This document shows positions 35,790 through 47,398 of a stretch of 64,000 nucleotides of DNA, in pieces; within the stretch, counting starts at the first letter, position 1, and each line of letters begins with the position of its first letter. A program made the position numbers and the translations under genes. The stretch is from Convolutriloba macropyga (Eukaryota). The DNA lies in the NCBI RefSeq assembly GCF_964194025.1, contig NC_134480.1:25668001-25732000 (forward strand), in the 5' to 3' direction. The notes beneath the pieces were generated by a model, which did not search any database, was not told the origin of the DNA, and worked only from the letters and a program-made list of their open reading frames with translations.

Positions 35790-38700
35790 AATAAAGGTCA
35801 ACAATAACAGAACGGTGCTAACCTCATTCGAGGTCAAACAAAAAGAGCAAAATCCAAGCAACTGATCGTAAAAACGAAAATTCAAAGTGCACTGTGTGCT
35901 GTTAGAATGAAAACTGAACACCACGTCTGCTAATGAAATGAATAAATTACCAGTCAGTTTCTGGAGGTCAAAGTTTGGTATGAAGCAGTATACATTTAAG
36001 TTCACGTTAGGTTTCAAATTAGGTTTATATGTACAGATTTATGGGTTAACTTTGGCATTAAATGCACAGGTTGAAGACTCCTCCTTGTAAGAGCGTTGTC
36101 CTCTGTGGCCTCTTATACAAAGGATTGTGCTTCTAAGTAGGGCGAAGCTCAGGGATGTTCTGATGAAATTTTTGACGTTAGGATACGTGTCTTTCGTCTT
36201 TTCAGCAATTCTTGATGCAAGTCGTTTTATAACTATTGTGGAGCCGGGGCCGCTATCTCCTGTGGTCGAGAAGATCAGAGGGATAAAAAAGCTATGCTCA
36301 ACTTCAACAATTCTGTCCTGGTATTTGGTTTCTTTCGTCATTTCGTGGAACTTGTGGCTCGCTTTGATTCCAATACGTCTGTTTGTTGGAGCAAACGGGC
36401 TGAAGACTTTAACATCATAGTATGATTTCTCAAAGCGAGAACCACATAGGCCTTTAGCTGAGATATCTAATCGTGCTTCCTCGTCCTTGCAGGTTGCGGG
36501 TTTAGGCTCTCATTGTTGAGAGGCTGCAGGTGAGGTTCAACTTCGATATCGTAACAAGTTTTTCGCATAAGCTCGGCGAAGAGGTCTCTTACTTCATTAT
36601 GCCTGATTATTGGATATCCTCCTTAGGGCAGTGAAGGGCATGGGATACAAGAAACTTCGAGCCACACGCACACTTCTCGGAAATATTTTTGAATTGCCAG
36701 CCATATCGAATGCATAGGGCGCCTCCGAACTCGGTTTTGGTTAACCAGAGGTCATGTCGTTCTATTGGCAGTGCATTCAACCATGTAGACGCGCCTTTCT
36801 CACTGGCTAGTTGTACTGAATATTTGAGATCTTCGGTCATGTTTGCAAGAATTTCTTCTGACTTCTGTTTGTTTTGGGTTTTGTTTTTGTCATCGTATGT
36901 CTGTTTTGATTCTCTCTTGATGTAGTGTCGCTGTTGTTACGTCAAAATGATCTAGTGGGCTGCTGAGAAGTTTCGATTGGTCATACGCGGGGACTAAATC
37001 GTCAAGTGCTCTGATTGCCATCCCGCCATTCTTTACAGGTAGACTCAACAGGGATCTCATACCATCATCGGGGGAGTCCTGGTCGGTCATATTCGGTATT
37101 AGGCTTTTACGGATGATGTTCTCTGAGTCAGCTAGGATGGTATCAGCTTTTGGGGTTGTACGTAGCAGGAATGTCAATTTACTTTGAGCGCCTCGGGAAA
37201 AACAGTGATAGGCTGCTTGCGGTGACGATTTGGCAAACTCGCTTAGGTTCTTCAGAAATTTTTGTTGTGTTTCTGATTGCTCTTGAACAAACTTCTGGCA
37301 GGCTTCTGCAGACCCTATTACAGAGCCGAGAACTCGTGCACCGTCAACGATTTGTACGTTTGTGTTATTGAAAAAATGTTTCGCTTTTTCAATGGTGTGA
37401 GGCTTGACAATTAGCTGGCATTTGGGGGCGTTGTCAAAGTATCCAAATCCTTCACCAATTTTGTTCAGCTGCTTGAAGAACAACAGGAGTTTTTCAATTG
37501 TTCCCGCTGCAGTGCCATCGTCATTGTACCATTTTTGCTAAACTGATTCCATGTTCATTCTGTCTATCAGCGGCCTTGACGCAATGCCATACCTTAGCAT
37601 TGCCAAAGGATCCCCTTGTGTACATCCTTCCTGGGAAAGAAGGGTCTGCTTGTCGACGTACAGATTGCTGGGGTTTTGGTAGGAGTTGTTTAGGGCGCAG
37701 TAGTTAGAAGGGCAGATTCTCCTTATGTTTTCAAGCGCTGTTGCTCTGTTCAGGTTGTTGAAGGCATTCGTTGCATCTACCTCGTTGCTGAGTAGCAGAG
37801 CTTAACAGGAGTCTTTCTCAAATTCGGTTCGCAGGGAGTGAATAGAGTACTCGATTCCCGCGGTCTGACCCATGCAAAGCTGGTCGTTTCCGCCTATCGA
37901 TCGTAATTCTGCATCAACACTTTTGGCGATACATCTTCCGATTATCCTCCGAAGTACTTCACCAATTCCTATCGGTCTAACTCCAGGGTTTTTGTCCAGA
38001 GGAATAAGTCGGCAGCTGTTATATGGCATCAGGGTTTCTGATTCGAGTTTTTGGGTCGCGATTCGTTTGGCAATAGCTGCGACTGTGTTCTTAAGGTTGT
38101 CAGAGTTCTTTTCGAAACAGGTCAAAATCCTTCTCCATTGCGCTGAGTCTAAGCCGGACGGACCATGTGCTCCGTTAGTGCGCAGGACAGCTTTTTCAAC
38201 CAATGCTGCATCGATTCTTTCGAAGACTGCTGGGTGGTAAGCAAGGGGTTGTTGTCCTGTAACAAGACACTGTTCGTTCAACGAGGATGCAGGTGGGTGC
38301 TTCGAAAGAAGAATACTCAAAACATCGCTGTCTCCAATCTTGTGTTTCAACGGAAGGACTCCTCCTTTTTCGCCGGCCAGCACTCGCATCGCGCCTGAGA
38401 CTTTTCCTGCTTTCATCATTTCATTGAAACGTTTGATTGGTTTGGGCTCACTTACTTTTTGTTTGGCTGCTGGCTTTCGTTTTTGCAATGCTCCTGCCTC
38501 ATGGAAAAGTTCCGTCAGTTTTCCACTAAACCAAAGGTCAAGACGTCGGCTTAGCGTTTTATTGGCAGAGTTGTCGTCGGCCTTCTTTGTCCGGCAGAGC
38601 AGTAGGTGGGGCATGATCATGGCAGCGAGCAATGAGAAGGGGGCATTTGCTGATTGGTCTTCAAGAGGTTTAAGGGCGTCGTTTAGTGCGTTGATAAATG

Positions 38701-39132
38701 AGTTGCCTGCTTTGCATTTGTTGATTCTCATGAAGCTTGGCTTCCAGTGAACGATTTCTTGGTAGATAGGAAGCAGGTCTTCTGGTTTTTCTAGCGCTGC
38801 CCAAAAATTTGTTCTGGTGTTTGTTGGCTTTGGGGGTTCACTGGGTTTTGAAAATTTGGGCGTACGTCTCCCGCTATGGCTTGGCCCGGTTCCGGGCCCC
38901 TCTCACAGCCAGCTTGCTCCTGAAGGTCACCAGGACCAACAAGCGAAGCAGAGTCTGGGCTAACTCGGGGAATCGCGGGCCTAAAACAGTATAAACAGAT
39001 CCACTCCACGTTTTTGGCTGTTTTCGAGACGTCTGCACATTTGATGTGGGCATATTCCTTGCATTTTTGACAGGGGACACTGTAGGAGTTGTGGTGAATA
39101 TTCTTTTTGCATATAATACAGTCCCATTTCAT
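35790..39132 (-). mobile_element. CRE-clade non-LTR retrotransposon (PHD - RT - CCHC - REL endonuclease) with a few stops and frameshifts
   Basis: GAHGPSG, RLIPLDKNPGVRPIGIGEVLRR, DATNAFN, QGDPLAM, WYNDD, CACG..SHALHC, RHNEVRD, RLDI...YDVKV and LSFALLRSTILCIRG. The N-terminal ORF 39132-38791 holds a C4HC3 finger. Confidence 0.92.
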
Positions 39133-40439
39133 GATATGAAACTATTTAATAAGTTTATCACAACAATTGGGCAGTTCTTCCGCGATCGTTTGCTCCATCA
39201 GCCGCTCCCTTACCTTGCTTGTTTGACTCTTGTTAAGTATTTCGTCATAATTGACTTTCACGTGAGGCATCAAGTACGCCTCCGGAGGTGGTTCGCTAAG
39301 GTTTACGTGAGAGCAATGATGCGGTCTTGTAATAGCTTTGCTTCACTTTCGACTGTTTGTGTTCTTTAAGTTGCTTATTTCAACCTAGGTCCAAACTGAC
39401 GTGCTCTGACTTTGCTTTGCGCTCTGAACAATTCGGAGTTGAACCATGGCTTGGATTTTTGTCTGCCTTTCGGCGATTGCTAAGGAGTTGCTTCTAGTTT
39501 CCCATCTAGGGAATTGTTGTCTTCCATTCCGCTGAATTCCAACTCCCACCATTTCTCTCTCCAATTTTTCTCTGTCGCATCTTACTTTTTGTTTCCTGTC
39601 GCAACACTTTGGACTTTCTTGGAGTCTTTTCTGTTGTCTGAACGACTATTATTGGTATATTTATGCAAGACCATTTTAAGTAATAGTAGATATCTGTGTT
39701 GTGTTCTTGTTGACAAACACGAGTTCTATGGCACTCTGTTCATTGCGACTAGAGGACAGGAAACGTAAACAATGAGAAGCTTCTCTTATCCTATTAAAAG
39801 CAAATGGTCAGTTTGTGCTTTCTTTTGGAGTATGGTATTTTGCTTTTCCTATTCTCGGTGCATTCAGTTTTAATTTTTGGGCCTTTCCCGTTATAGCCCA
39901 AGCTCAGTGATCATATATCAGTTGTTAGAAGCTAAGTCGATTATGAAATTCAATGTGCGTACGTTTCCGCTATATCTAGCATCATTAGGTAAAATGCAAC
40001 TTAAAGTTATTCTATTTACAATTAAAATGATTTCAATTCAATAAACAGGGGCAATCAACAGGGGCAACAAATTTTAACGCCAATTATTAGCGCTCTGATG
40101 TTTTTGTCACCCAATGAGTGGGGGCATCAAACTGAAATCAAATTGAATATGGTGCGAACAACTTCAAATCGGCTCAATTTGAAAATTTTATCAACCCGAA
40201 AAACTAAATTATGTATCCACTAGAAAGACCTCTAGCTAAGTTAATGCCTAAGATCACCTAAGATGCCCAAGTTTTTGTTCTTACCTGATCTAAGTGGGGA
40301 GAACAAAAGCATATTGCAAGAGGCCTATTTCTTGTTGTGAAGAAAAGAAACGGACTGCTGATATTTGATTAAATGGACTGCTAATCTGCTGTGTTGATGA
40401 GAATATCATGTTAACCAAGTTAATTGTCAGTTGATTTTG

Positions 40440-41417
40440 AACTAAGATAAACAAAACAGAGTTTCTTGGAACATTGTGTGTCAATAAAACTAATTTCTGA
40501 AATTAAGTTTTCCAATTCATTTTTTATTTGATCTTTGAATTTAGATTTTTGAAGTTCTTAGTCACTGTCTACCGTTTCGTAACATTTTGGAACAATTCAA
40601 TGTTCCGGTTCGCTAAAATGTAATTTTTGAATTGAGCCAAATTACAACTGTTAACTAGTATTCCAATGTCAACTTCTGGCTTCAGTATTCATCGCACGTC
40701 TTCAGCATTGGCTTCCTTTGTGCTATATGCAATTTTTCGAGAGTCATCAGTTTTTGTGGCACATTGCACTAATCTATTATACGCCAATCAAACGCGCGTA
40801 ATTTGCCACAATATTCGCTTAAGAAAAGTGTTTGTCCCTCTGCTTTAGCTTATCGCTTGATTTGAATTTAGCTATTGTTTTGCGGTCCTTTTTGAGCAAC
40901 CTAAAAATTTTCCGATATAAAATGATAAACAAAACTAAGATAAACAAAACAGAGTTTCTTGGAACATTGTGTGTCAATAAAACTAATTTCTGAAATTAAG
41001 TTTTCCAATTCATTTTTTATTTGATCTTTGAATTTAGATTTTTGAAGTTCTTAGTCACTGTCTACCGTTTCGTAACATTTTGGAACAATTCAATGTTCCG
41101 GTTCGCTAAAATGTAATTTTTGAATTGAGCCAAATTACAACTGTTAACTAGTATTCCAATGTCAACTTCTGGCTTCAGTATTCATCGCACGTCTTCAGCA
41201 TTGGCTTCCTTTGTGCTATATGCATTTTTTCGAGAGTCATCAGTTTTTGTGGCACATTGCACTAATCTATTATACGCCAATCAAACGCGCGTAATTTGCC
41301 ACAATATTCGCTTAAGAAAAGTGTTTGTCCCTCTGCTTTAGCTTATCGCTTGATTTGAATTTAGCTATTGTTTTGCGGTCCTTTTTGAGCAACCTAAAAA
41401 TTTTCCGATATAAAATG
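40440..41417. repeat. Near-perfect tandem duplication, 493-bp period (40440-40924, 40933-41417)
   Basis: ORFs at 40666 and 41159 differ by one residue; only one mismatch was seen between copies. Confidence 0.97.
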
Positions 41418-42870
41418 CCTGACGAACAATTCGCTGGATAATGATTTTTTCACCATTTGGTTTCGTTGATTTTTAGGGCTTCGTAAATGTATTGCCAGTT
41501 GATGCTGGATCGAAATCGTCTACGGAAAGTACCCTCTACAATATTTTTCTTATGCTGGAGGGGAGTGCAGCTACGGAAATTAAGAATTGTTCCATTGTGT
41601 TGGCTTTTGGTACCATTTACGCCTCACTTGTCTTTGTTCATCAACGTAGACTGCCATATCCATAATGGCTAGTTCATGTTAATCCATTTTTTCCATTGTG
41701 AACTCCAAATCTTATGCAAATTGTTTTCTAGTTCAAGCAAATTATTGGGTTGGTCTTTTACTGTGCAAATATGTCATCTATATATCTTGAAAATAGTTTT
41801 TGTTTTCTCGTTTGGTTATCAGTTGATGAGTTTTCACATTCGAAGCATTTCCAAACATTCCCCTATTTTTTTGTATTGCTGCTTTCTTATATTTGGACAT
41901 TTTATGATACCAGCTCTCATTTTTTCGCACTCGACGGCTCTTCTATTCCAAACCACTTTTTTATGGCAGAAGGGGCATTTTTATTGGAATTATTTGTTTC
42001 GCCCAGCCTCATCTCATACTCAGCACTAAGTTTTTCCTCTAAAGTTTTCATCCAAATATTAGCCAAGATCTTTGCCAGGGAAGCCACCCATTGCCAAACC
42101 GTATTTTTGACAGTACCAGTTACCATTGTTTTTAGAATAACATCTGCGACTGCTAGTTTGAGTAGGAGCTTAAGTTTCGATCTTTCAATATTGGGAGGGG
42201 TGACACTGGAGTAAAGACATCGTAGAGCAATTTGATGGCTTCCGAGGCGTGGACAATAGTGTTTGAACTTTTGACATCTTGTAATACAATTCGCTCATTT
42301 GCCTCAAGCTCGTTTCAAGTCTTTTTCTAGCTATAAGACTCGAATTGTCGATGTTTGCTCCTGGCACCTTTTCAGAAAGTTGAGTAAAAATTTGTTTAAA
42401 TCGTAAGAGCTTCCAGGAATAGATAAAACAGAGCGCATTGGTGTGTTTTCTTTGTGAACTTCTGTCAACTCATACAGTCTCGTTGGTTGTGCGCCGGTTG
42501 TTCGTAATTTTTGATTATTTTTCCGTAATGAGATCTTGTTCATTTTAAAGTAAAGTTCCGTTTAAATCTTTTTGTACTTTGAGAATTATCTCGGCATTTT
42601 TTTGTCTCCAGTTTCGAAAAATGGGGCAGTCCAGTATTCTGTTCATTTTTGATTCTTTTGTTTTCATAACACAGAATGTGTTACCCTTATCTAAAGGTAC
42701 AGCTAAAAGATCGTTTTCTTTAAGAAATTTTGCCACCCTTGATAGTCCTCTGTCCGCCGGTGTCTTTTAATTTCTTAGCGTACTGTTTGGTGGATGCCTC
42801 TACCTCACAAAGCTTTTCACCGCAAACACCATTTTCTTTTATACTAACTAACCCGTCATATATCGTATAG
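40440..42870 (-). mobile_element. Penelope-like element copy C (decayed), with a tandemly duplicated 3' end
   Basis: LAVPLDKGN, GAQPTRLYELTEVHKENTPMRSVLS, GLAMG.ASLAKILANIWMK, the PHD insert, RYIDDI and the GIY-YIG C-terminus KLMTLEKLHIAQRKPMLKTCDEY. Confidence 0.88.
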
Positions 42871-43457
42871 CCCGCATCATGGTGAACATGCCATAACGGA
42901 AAAGACCCGGACAATTTTTGGCGTTAAATTACTGCTCAGGTCGAGCCGCACAATAGGGACCGTTCATGCGCTTAACCGACCGCTTTAGAGCAGGTTCGTT
43001 AAGTTGTTTAACCAATTTTTTGGGTTTTGTAGCAGTCGAAAAATTCCATTTCCTGCCATTTCCGATGTATTATGGTTGGTCCGGTAATAATGGCGAACAG
43101 TCATATTACTTCAAATGTTTTAGGATCAATATCTGAAAGAACGTTGCAACTAACAAGTGCTTCAGAATTTCGCTACCCCAATGATGTCAAACTTTCTGAT
43201 AATTTAAAATTACGACTTTTTAGCCTTTTGATGAATTTTTAGTTCCTGTACCGTTGATGTTTTAAAAGAGAAAGGTTTCGATGCATGTTTATTTGGTATG
43301 CTAATTTTTGATCGCTAATTATCGCATACGCGGCAGTACTGTGGTCGCGCGTTTTGCATTTTCATTATAGCGTTCTCATTCTTCAGTTTTTCAGAGTAGT
43401 GCTTATCATATAGATTATTATAAACTATAGAATAATAGTATTATATAATCAACAAAA

Positions 43458-43781
43458 ATGTTCCGCAGTGAAAGCGTTCTGAACAATGCTAATAATCCAG
43501 CCTTTAAAAAGAAGCTCTGTATTCATTTCGCCAAAGGACGATGTAATATAGGAGCCGAATGTGGTTTTGCGCATGGAAAAGACGAATTGCGTAATTTCGA
43601 AAATCCCGGATTTAAAGCACAGCTTTGTACAGCATACGATCAGGATGGAATTTGCGAGATGGGAATCGATTGCCTGTTCGCCCATGGGGAATCAGAGTTG
43701 AGAAATGACTCTCCTGGTCAACTGAATGGTATCACCGGCGTTATTAATGGAACTGCTGAGTTGAAGAAGGAAGCGTACAAG
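43458..43781 (+). CDS. Multi-CCCH zinc-finger protein, coding exon 1 (fingers 1-2)
   Basis: ATG in caaaaATG context. Encodes FKKKLC-x7-C-x5-C-x3-H and FKAQLC-x8-C-x5-C-x3-H. Phase-0 donor AAG|GTACAT. Confidence 0.88.
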
Positions 43782-44049
43782 GTACATAACCCTATTTAAC
43801 CCATAACATTGAATTGTAACCATGCTAAAATACGTTTACCTTGAATTTTTAAATTTAGGAANNNNNNNNNNNNNNNNNNNNNNNNNNNNNNNNNNNNNNN
43901 NNNNNNNNNNNNNNNNNNNNNNNNNNNNNNNNNNNNNNNNNNNNNNNNNNNNNNNNNNNNNNNNNNNNNNNNNNNNNNNNNNNNNNNNNNNNNNNNNNNN
44001 NNNNNNNNNNNNNNNNNATAATTATTATTAGGACTTTCACAAAAGTGCG

Positions 44050-45600
44050 GGACATCTCCCGTTCTTATTTACAGTTATAGGTCATTATTTCAGTTAACTC
44101 TTAAAATTCTCGGCGACGTGCGACAGCAATCACATAAGCAAATGAACGTCCAAGTACATATGTCTGATTCGTTGAAATAATCGTGACAGTAATTCCACAT
44201 GATTTTGAGCAGAATGTTTTTCAGCCCTGCAGGCTCGCTTAGTTTAACAAAAGTTGAAAGCAAATTTGATCGATAAGCAGTCCTGTAGAAGGAATTTGAG
44301 CGCTGAACCTTCCGTTTTATTTTGGGCAGAACGAAAGAATTTCTTGGCATTCTGTCTGATGTTGAGACTTCTAAGTAAGCAGTATAGACAATATCGTACC
44401 TGCCTATGACAATTTTTGATTAGAGAAGATCAGATAATACTAAAAATTAGCCAAAAGGTAACAAATTAAGATACAATAGTCTTTCTTTATAACTTAAATT
44501 GGGAATTATCCACTTCGTAGTATCTCTGTGAAATATTTCCAAGTTCCTCATGTCTGTTTTTGACATGTAACGATTGGACGCATAAGTGACAATCAGAATA
44601 AGCGTACTTTTCGGTTGAATTTGGCTGAGATTGTGAGTTCACTGGGACGTACATTCAGGCTTCTGCGTGCTGGCTCCAAGATAAATCACTTTGCACAGTA
44701 AGAGCAAGATCTTCGACGGACTTTTCATGTTTAGGGATTGATTTGCCCAGATGAACTTGCATCTTAGGCGCTTTATTAAAGCTAATAATATGACATTTCT
44801 TAAGATTAATATTGATGTTGCTTTCATAACCCCATTGGTAAATCGAATCCAAGTCAAGCTGAGCGCGATAGCAGTCACCCAAATGTTCATTGTACAAAAG
44901 CTTTGAATCATCAGCAAACATGTTAACAGTGGAATGATAAATAACGTTCGGTAGATCATTTATGAGTATAAGGAATAGCAGGGGCCCCAATATGGCTCCC
45001 GAAGTAATAGCTGATGACTCTGAACAACAATCTTGTACTTTAACGAATTGTCATCTATTCGTTAGGTAAATTTCTATAAGCTTCAGTAGTTGTCCACCTA
45101 CCCCAGTTTTTGATAGCTTGAAGATACCGAGTAAACCGTGGTCTATCTTGTCGAAAGTTTTTAGAAAAGTCAAAAAGAAAAAAAGAAACCTCTTGCGAAT
45201 TGTTTTCAATGGCTTCAAAATATCACTGAGATAACATATCAGTTGTAAGATAACGGAACGCCGTTCTCTGAACCCGAATTGAGCATTGTTAACATATATT
45301 ATTGAGGAAATGACGATAGATTAAAATAAATTAGCTTTTTCAATATTTTCGATATGATGTATAGTAGAGTTACCGGAGGATAGGTTTCGATATCGGCTTT
45401 TGTTCTTTCCTTTTTAAAAAATTGGACTAACAGCTCCTATTTTCCATTGTTTTGGAAAAACTGAAAGATGTCTAATATTTCTGAATAAATTTTTAATCCA
45501 GCTAGCTAACTCAGAACGGCATTTTTTAAGAAAAGCAGCTGGTAGATTGTCCGGACCACAACTTTTCTTCTCGTCAACTTTGCTGAGTTCATAGTAGAGA
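44050..45600 (-). mobile_element. Decayed CR1-like LINE 3' half inside intron 1 of the CCCH gene
   Basis: KSCGPDNLP, AQFGFR, FDKIDH and GPLLFLILINDLP...FADDSK, plus a Cys-rich C-terminus. Confidence 0.88.
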
Positions 45601-45774
45601 CATCAATACTTTTTTAATCATATGCAACATTATGATTAAAATCGAATAAAACTTTGCCGATAACCGGTAGCGGTTGACCCGTTGGATAAAGACCAGTAGC
45701 TGGTCTTTATCTACGAACTTCAATGGATGATATCTTATTGCTTGTTATTGATGATGGTGATTTTTGTTGTATAG

Positions 45775-46135
45775 AGCTCGTTATGTATCCACTTCATGCG
45801 ATCTGGATCGTGCAAAGTTGGAACCGGCTGTGCTTTTGCTCATGGAAAAGAAGACCTGGTAAACGCAAAGTCCCCTGACACGAGCGACCCCAAGTACAAA
45901 ACGAAGCTTTGTATTCGTTTCGAGCAGGACTCTTTTTGTCCCAATGGAGATGGGTGCGTGTTTGCACACGGGGAACTGGAACTGCGAGAGGCCCAGGGAA
46001 GTGGAGGAGGCAAAAGTGCCTCACTGTTCAAAACTTCCCTCTGCCATAACTTCACCACTTTGGGTGTATGTCCCAACGGAAAAAACTGCTCATTTGCACA
46101 CGGAAGATACGAACTCAGACCAGTCGGATTTGATG
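45775..46135 (+). CDS. Multi-CCCH protein, exon 2 (fingers 3-5)
   Basis: Acceptor gttgtatag|AGC restores YK|SSLC. Contains the YKTKLC and FKTSLC fingers. Phase-1 donor G|GTATGT. Confidence 0.9.
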
Positions 46136-46320
46136 GTATGTGCATCCATATTTTTGCCAACGTGAATATTATTAATTACTCTTGAAACAAAGTTTGTAAA
46201 TAAGCTTTCTTGTTTTTTGTTCTGTAACAAATGAAAACGAAGGATTGGAGACACCAATTAATGATATTTGCATAAATGTAAATTTTTATTAGTTCTTAGG
46301 TTTCACGAATTTAATTTTAG

Positions 46321-46776
46321 GAGATTTCGATGCCAAAATAGCAGAAAACCGTAAATGGAAATGCACCCTTTGTAACATATTCCAACAAGCCGGACGATGT
46401 AACCGGACCAGCTGCGACTATGCACATGGTGAAGAAGAGTTGAGAAGTGAAAATCCGGAACCTCAACAGCCCAAAGCCAAGGGCAACTTCAAAACAGTTC
46501 TGTGCAAAAATTTCCAAGCGAGAGGATTTTGTTTTCATGAAGATTCTTGCAACTTTGCTCACGGAGAAGTGGAGCTCAATCAGGCCAAAGACGCCCTGAC
46601 TACAATGAAAATGCTGAGAAAACGACCGAAAGAAGAAATGCACATGAACGGGAAAGGAGGAGCAAGTGTTGCAACTGGTGCCAATGCAGTTGCACCTGCA
46701 GCTTCTGGATTTGATCAGAAGTTGTTCGCAGAATTTCTAGAGTTCAAGAAGTTTAAACAGCAGTCAGAAAGTACAG
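46321..46776 (+). CDS. Multi-CCCH protein, exon 3 (fingers 6-7)
   Basis: Acceptor aattttag|GA (phase 1). Encodes WKCTLC-x8-C-x4-C-x3-H and FKTVLC-x8-C-x5-C-x3-H. The donor is either the GT at 46771 or the GC at 46777, both phase 1. Confidence 0.87.
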
Positions 46777-47166
46777 GCAAGTTTTTTTGTCATATGTAAG
46801 AAGGACCAACTGATGTAGTTCGGAAAATCAGTTTACTCTTACAACTATTCGGAAATACATTCCTGATATTCTATTCCATGACACCGCTCAATAAGCTGAT
46901 TTTCAAGCGTTATTTTTAAAAAAAAGTATGTTTTTATTCTTGACTGGAAATTTTGATCATGTGACTTGCCTCTCACCATAAAATTGGCTTCTGTAGTCAT
47001 CGGTGGACAACTGATACTGAGAAAAGAGGGCCTGTGTTAAAATGAGCCGTGTGCATCCAATGTAAGACCTATCTCAGGCTTTATCACTTCAATTCATTGA
47101 CTAGTTTGAGTTCATAAACAGGTTCAGTTGCAGAAACACTAAGTTAATCAGTTTTACTAGCTATCA

Positions 47167-47298
47167 ACCACCGATTGGTATTTCACTTCTGAGCTGCCCA
47201 GGATGAGGTGTGCGACCCAAGCCACCTCTCATCAGAATGACTTGCGTCGGGCATCTCATCCTGGGTGTCCTTTGTGGCTATTTGTCAATCCGGTGGCT
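47167..47298. mobile_element. Short palindromic MITE-like element in intron 3
   Basis: Inverted pairs cccaggatgag / ctcatcctggg and ccaccgattg / caatccggtgg. The left arm resembles 20764-20810. Confidence 0.6.
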
Positions 47299-47398
47299 GT
47301 TTTTTAGTGTATTAAATTTCAATAACAATGTTTTGGAATAACATTGAGTAAATAAACATATCTTTGATCATCAGAGTTGAGCGAGCTGTTCGTTTTAG

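Noticed and set aside
37872-38750. Plus-strand ORFs of 122-136 aa (also 34676-35167 and 41750-42214)
   Set aside because: Antisense shadows of the CRE and PLE coding regions.
35770-39800. CRE element nested inside PLE copy A
   Set aside because: No continuation of the PLE and no TSD were found beyond the CRE 5' end, so only adjacency is supported.
40560-40640. Hammerhead in the PLE copy C 3' end (minus-strand CGAAACGGTA after a long stem)
   Set aside because: No CUGANGA box upstream.
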